Positions 60,387-64,000 of a stretch of 64,000 nt of DNA are shown piece by piece; position 1 is the stretch's first letter, and each line of letters begins with the position of its first letter. The DNA is from Gemmatimonadota bacterium. GTDB taxonomy: Bacteria > Gemmatimonadota > Gemmatimonadetes > Gemmatimonadales > GWC2-71-9. The translations under genes and the position numbers were made by a program. Location of the stretch: NCBI GenBank assembly GCA_003222155.1, contig QHUU01000067.1, positions 38,297 to 102,296 of the forward strand, in the 5' to 3' direction. The notes beneath the pieces were generated by a model. It was not told the origin of the DNA, did not search any database, and was given only the letters and a program-made list of their open reading frames with translations.

Positions 60387-61592
60387 ATGCCGGTCTTTCA
60401 ATACACCGCCCGCACGCTCAAGGGCGATCTCGTCAACGACAAGATCGACCTGCCGTCCCGTGACGACGTCATCGCGCACCTGCGGAAGAACCGCATGGTC
60501 GTCGTCCAGGTCCGCGCCGCGCCCAAGGAGTTCAAGCTCAACCTGAAGTTCGGCGGCGGCGTCAAGACCCGCGACGTCGTCGTGTTCACCCGCCAGTTCG
60601 CCACCATGATCAATGCGGGCCTGCCGCTGGTGCAGGCCCTCGACATCCTGGCCCAGCAGACCGAGAACAAGCTCCTGGCCGATACGACCCGCCAGGTCGT
60701 GTACGACGTCGAGAGCGGCCAGACCCTCGCCGACGCCCTCCGCAAACATCCCAAGGCGTTCAGCGACCTGTACGTCAACATGGTGGCGGCGGGCGAGGCC
60801 GGCGGTATTCTCGACACCATTCTCGTCCGCCTCGCCGAATTCCTCGAGAAGAACGACGCGATCGTGCGCAAGGTGAAGGGTGCGATGATCTACCCCGGCG
60901 TGATTCTGTCGGTCGCGGTCATCGCGGTGTCGGTGCTGCTCATCTTCGTGATCCCGACGTTCCAGAACATGTTCGCGTCCGTGAACCTGCAGCTGCCGCT
61001 GCCGACCCGGATCGTGATCGGGATGAGCAATGTCCTCAAGAACTACTGGTGGCTCATGCTGGGGGCCGCCGGCGCGGGGGTGTTCGCCTTGACTCGCTAT
61101 TACAAGACGGCGCCGGGCCGGCTGCAAATCGATACGCTGCTGCTCAAGCTGCCGGTGCTGGGCGACGTGCTCCGCAAGTCCGCCGTCTCCCGGTTCACTC
61201 GCACGCTAGGCACGCTGATCTCGTCCGGCGTGTCGATTCTCGACGGTCTCGAGATCACGGCGCGCACCGCCGGCAACATGGTCATCCACAACGCCGTGAT
61301 GGAATCGCGCGCCTCGATCGCCGGAGGCGAGACGATCGCCGCCCCGCTCGCCAAGTCGAAGGTGTTCCCGCCCATGGTGATCTCCATGATCTCCGTGGGC
61401 GAGCAGACCGGCGGTATGGACGAGATGCTCTCCAAGATCGCGGACTTCTACGACGACGAGGTCGACGCCGCCGTCAGCGCGCTGTTGTCGCTCATGGAGC
61501 CGATCATGATCGTGGTGCTGGGCGTGATCGTGGGCGGCATGGTCGTCGCGATGTACTTGCCGATCTTCGATATGGTCAACGCGGTGCAATAG
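60387..61592 (+). CDS. pilC: Type IV pilus platform protein PilC
   Basis: FTRQFATM; AGEAGG; GEQTG; MYLPIF. Confidence 0.95.
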   Translation: MPVFQYTARTLKGDLVNDKIDLPSRDDVIAHLRKNRMVVVQVRAAPKEFKLNLKFGGGVKTRDVVVFTRQFATMINAGLPLVQALDILAQQTENKLLADTTRQVVYDVESGQTLADALRKHPKAFSDLYVNMVAAGEAGGILDTILVRLAEFLEKNDAIVRKVKGAMIYPGVILSVAVIAVSVLLIFVIPTFQNMFASVNLQLPLPTRIVIGMSNVLKNYWWLMLGAAGAGVFALTRYYKTAPGRLQIDTLLLKLPVLGDVLRKSAVSRFTRTLGTLISSGVSILDGLEITARTAGNMVIHNAVMESRASIAGGETIAAPLAKSKVFPPMVISMISVGEQTGGMDEMLSKIADFYDDEVDAAVSALLSLMEPIMIVVLGVIVGGMVVAMYLPIFDMVNAVQ

Positions 61593-62151
61593 AGGAAAAC
61601 CACTGCCGCGGGAAGCGCGGCAGGAACTTGACGCGCCGGTTCACCACGGCCTGCACCCTTCGCCACCAGCAAATGATCGGCTGCGCGGTTCGGCCGACGC
61701 TCACGACGGCAAATGGAATCGAGTCCGCCACCACGGTGCGCAGATCGGGCTGGCTGAGGGAGCACAGGTCCTCCGCCGTCTTCACGCCGAAGGTCGAGTC
61801 CGGCCCCGTCCACGGATGATTGTGCCACACGGCCAGCGTCGCCCGACCGCAGGGCAGGGGCTGCACCTGATCGGCGCTGGAGCTCACCACATCGGGCATC
61901 ACGAAATCGTCGACCAGCGCGCTGTCACCCGCCACCCTGCCCTGCAGGCACAGCACCACCTCGCGGTCGAGCCCGGCCGCCAGCAGACTGACGCGCCGCA
62001 GCAGTGACGGCGCCAGCGCGAGCCGCTTGAGCGGTTGGGAGGCGAGGATCGCGGAATCCGTAGCGGTGAGCGGCGCCTGGGCGAAACCGGAGACGGGAGA
62101 CACCAGCGCGGCGACCAGCGCGCCGGCGAGGCGACGCAGCCCTGGCGACAT
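61576..62151 (-). CDS. Secreted protein with a JAB/JAMM-like motif
   Basis: Signal peptide; EVVLCLQG...WHNHP...LSQPD. Confidence 0.55.
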   Translation of the reverse strand: MSPGLRRLAGALVAALVSPVSGFAQAPLTATDSAILASQPLKRLALAPSLLRRVSLLAAGLDREVVLCLQGRVAGDSALVDDFVMPDVVSSSADQVQPLPCGRATLAVWHNHPWTGPDSTFGVKTAEDLCSLSQPDLRTVVADSIPFAVVSVGRTAQPIICWWRRVQAVVNRRVKFLPRFPRQWFSSIAPR

Positions 62152-62356
62152 TCCATACGATACAACGGTCCCGCCGCGCTCGCCCCACGACCCAAAGCTC
62201 TTGCACTTTGCCAGACCAGTGCCAATACTTACAGCCCCAAGCCGCAAGTCATAGGCCGCAAGAGTGCTGTAACTTGTACACATTCAATATGTTACACCGT
62301 CGCCTTGCGGCTTCCGCCTTGAGGCTGGCGACTCGGTTACGGGAGGTGCTGCATCG

Positions 62357-64000
62357 ATGAGCTGGTTCGGCGACGGCTCGCGCGGGTCGGCGATCCCGAC
62401 TCCACAGAGCCTGCTGCGGTCGGTGTATGTGGGGCGGCTGTGCGTCGCGGTCGCGATTTATCTCGCGGCGGCACTCAAGTTCGCCGTGGCGGCGCCGCTC
62501 GACCTGCTCGTCACGTCGTTTGTGCTCGTGGCCACGGTCGTGGTCACCAGTGCGTCGTACTGGTACACGCATTTTCTCAGGCGCTCGCCGGGTCGCACCT
62601 TCCTGTACGGGCAGGCGCTGTTCGACGTCGGGCTGATCACGACGGTCGTCCACATCACGGGCGGGCCGCAGAGCGACCTGACGCCCTTGTACGTCCCGTT
62701 GATCGCGGCGACGGCCGTGCTGATGCCGCCGGCGAGTACGGGGCTGGTCACGGCGCTCGTCGGCATCGTCTATTTCGCGGACGTGTTCTTCGGCCACCGC
62801 ACGCCCATGACCGGGCAGGTCGCGTTGCAGCTGCTGGTATTCGTAGGGGTGGCGGCCGTGACCGCGTACTTCGCGAGCCGCGTCTCGGTGATGGGAGCCG
62901 AGCGTGAGGCGCTCGCGGGGGAGCTGCGCCAGGCCCGGCTCGAGGCGGCCGATGTGCTGCGCAGCGTGCCGACGGGGATCGTCACGGTCGACCAAGCCGG
63001 CCACCTCCTCTACTGCAACCCGGCGGCGGAGCAGATCTTCGGCTTCAAGGAGCGTCAGTGGCGCGGTCGGCCCATCATGCCCGAGTTCGCCAAGATCGCG
63101 CCGGAGTTCTGGGCCGCGATCACGGCGACCGCGCGACGCGGCGTGCGGGCCATGCGGGTCGAGGCGGTGGTGCGGCGTCCCGACCGCACATTCCCGATCG
63201 GCGTGACGACCACCACGCTGGAAGTGGAGGGGGCCGAGCCCCGCGTGACGGCCATCTTCACCGACATCTCGGACTCGAAGCGGTTGGAGGAGCTGCACCT
63301 GCGCGCCGAGCGGCTGGAGGCGGTCGCCGAGCTGTCGGCGAGCCTCGCGCACGAGATCAAGAACCCGCTTGCGTCGATCCGCTCGTCGGTCGAGCAGCTG
63401 GGCCGGGCCAAGCGCGCCAACCCTGACGAGAAGTTCCTCACGTCCCTCGTGGTGCGCGAGAGCGATCGCCTGTCGCGCCTCTTGTCGGAGTTCCTCGACT
63501 TCTCCCGCGTGCGCGCGACGGAATGCCGCCCGCTCGACCTCCACACCGTGGCCGGGGCCGCGATCCGCCTGGTGCGCGAGCACCCCGACTGCCCCGAAGA
63601 CGCGGTGATCGACCTGGCGGGCGGCGCGGCACCCATGGAGGGAGACGAAGACCTGCTCCACCGCGTGGTGTCCAATCTGGTCCTCAACGCCGTGCAGGCG
63701 AGCGGCAAGGACGCCCGCGTTGTGGTGCGGACGGGCCGTCCCGCGCCGCAGGAGGTCCCAGGTGGGGCGGGCATCGAGCACCCGGTGATGCTCACCGTCA
63801 CCGACAACGGCCCCGGCATCCCCGAGAATCTCCGGGCCCGACTGTTCGAGCCGTTCGTCACGGGGCGGGTCGGGGGGACGGGGCTGGGGCTCGCGATCGT
63901 GCAGCGCGCCGTGGAGGCGCACCGCGGCCTGGTGCTGGTGGATTCCACGGCGGGACGGGGAACGACGTTCACGGTGTACCTGCCCGCAGCCCGACGGAGA
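62357..64000 (+). CDS. pilS: PilS-like membrane PAS sensor kinase; runs off the window
   Basis: Manual translation from ATG 62357 (GGAGG RBS): multiple TM helices, ITGG, PAS, LAHEIKNPL, NLVLNA, DNGPGI, GTGLGL. Confidence 0.85.
   Translation, partial: MSWFGDGSRGSAIPTPQSLLRSVYVGRLCVAVAIYLAAALKFAVAAPLDLLVTSFVLVATVVVTSASYWYTHFLRRSPGRTFLYGQALFDVGLITTVVHITGGPQSDLTPLYVPLIAATAVLMPPASTGLVTALVGIVYFADVFFGHRTPMTGQVALQLLVFVGVAAVTAYFASRVSVMGAEREALAGELRQARLEAADVLRSVPTGIVTVDQAGHLLYCNPAAEQIFGFKERQWRGRPIMPEFAKIAPEFWAAITATARRGVRAMRVEAVVRRPDRTFPIGVTTTTLEVEGAEPRVTAIFTDISDSKRLEELHLRAERLEAVAELSASLAHEIKNPLASIRSSVEQLGRAKRANPDEKFLTSLVVRESDRLSRLLSEFLDFSRVRATECRPLDLHTVAGAAIRLVREHPDCPEDAVIDLAGGAAPMEGDEDLLHRVVSNLVLNAVQASGKDARVVVRTGRPAPQEVPGGAGIEHPVMLTVTDNGPGIPENLRARLFEPFVTGRVGGTGLGLAIVQRAVEAHRGLVLVDSTAGRGTTFTVYLPAARRR

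Overview
High-GC (roughly 70% by eye), gene-dense bacterial chromosomal segment. The gene content and style suggest Gemmatimonadota, which is an inference. About 70 CDSs are present, mostly housekeeping or envelope genes: the 5' end of a Tat-exported formate dehydrogenase alpha subunit, lactate/MFS/APC/Kup transporters, nagB, pruA, argJ, acs, ccmABCD, hemDCB, ctaA, DsbA-VKOR, lptFG, a TonB-dependent receptor and comEA-pilB-pilT-pilC-pilS. I found no rRNA, tRNA, CRISPR array, integrase or transposase. Most notable: (1) a tightly coupled ECF sigma/zinc anti-sigma-headed operon with DUF92, FAD oxidoreductase, flavin reductase, methyltransferase, START/cyclase and an ACP-less FabF-type ketosynthase, a candidate undescribed lipid or small-molecule pathway; (2) an ECF sigma with a membrane anti-sigma carrying a CBM48 glycogen-binding domain; (3) short repeat families, including ~4x7-nt arrays and a GTAG REP sitting in frame inside enzymes; (4) a rod-like candidate ncRNA; (5) degenerate SpeD-like and Mrr-like proteins and a secreted JAMM-like protein; (6) many apparently leaderless genes.
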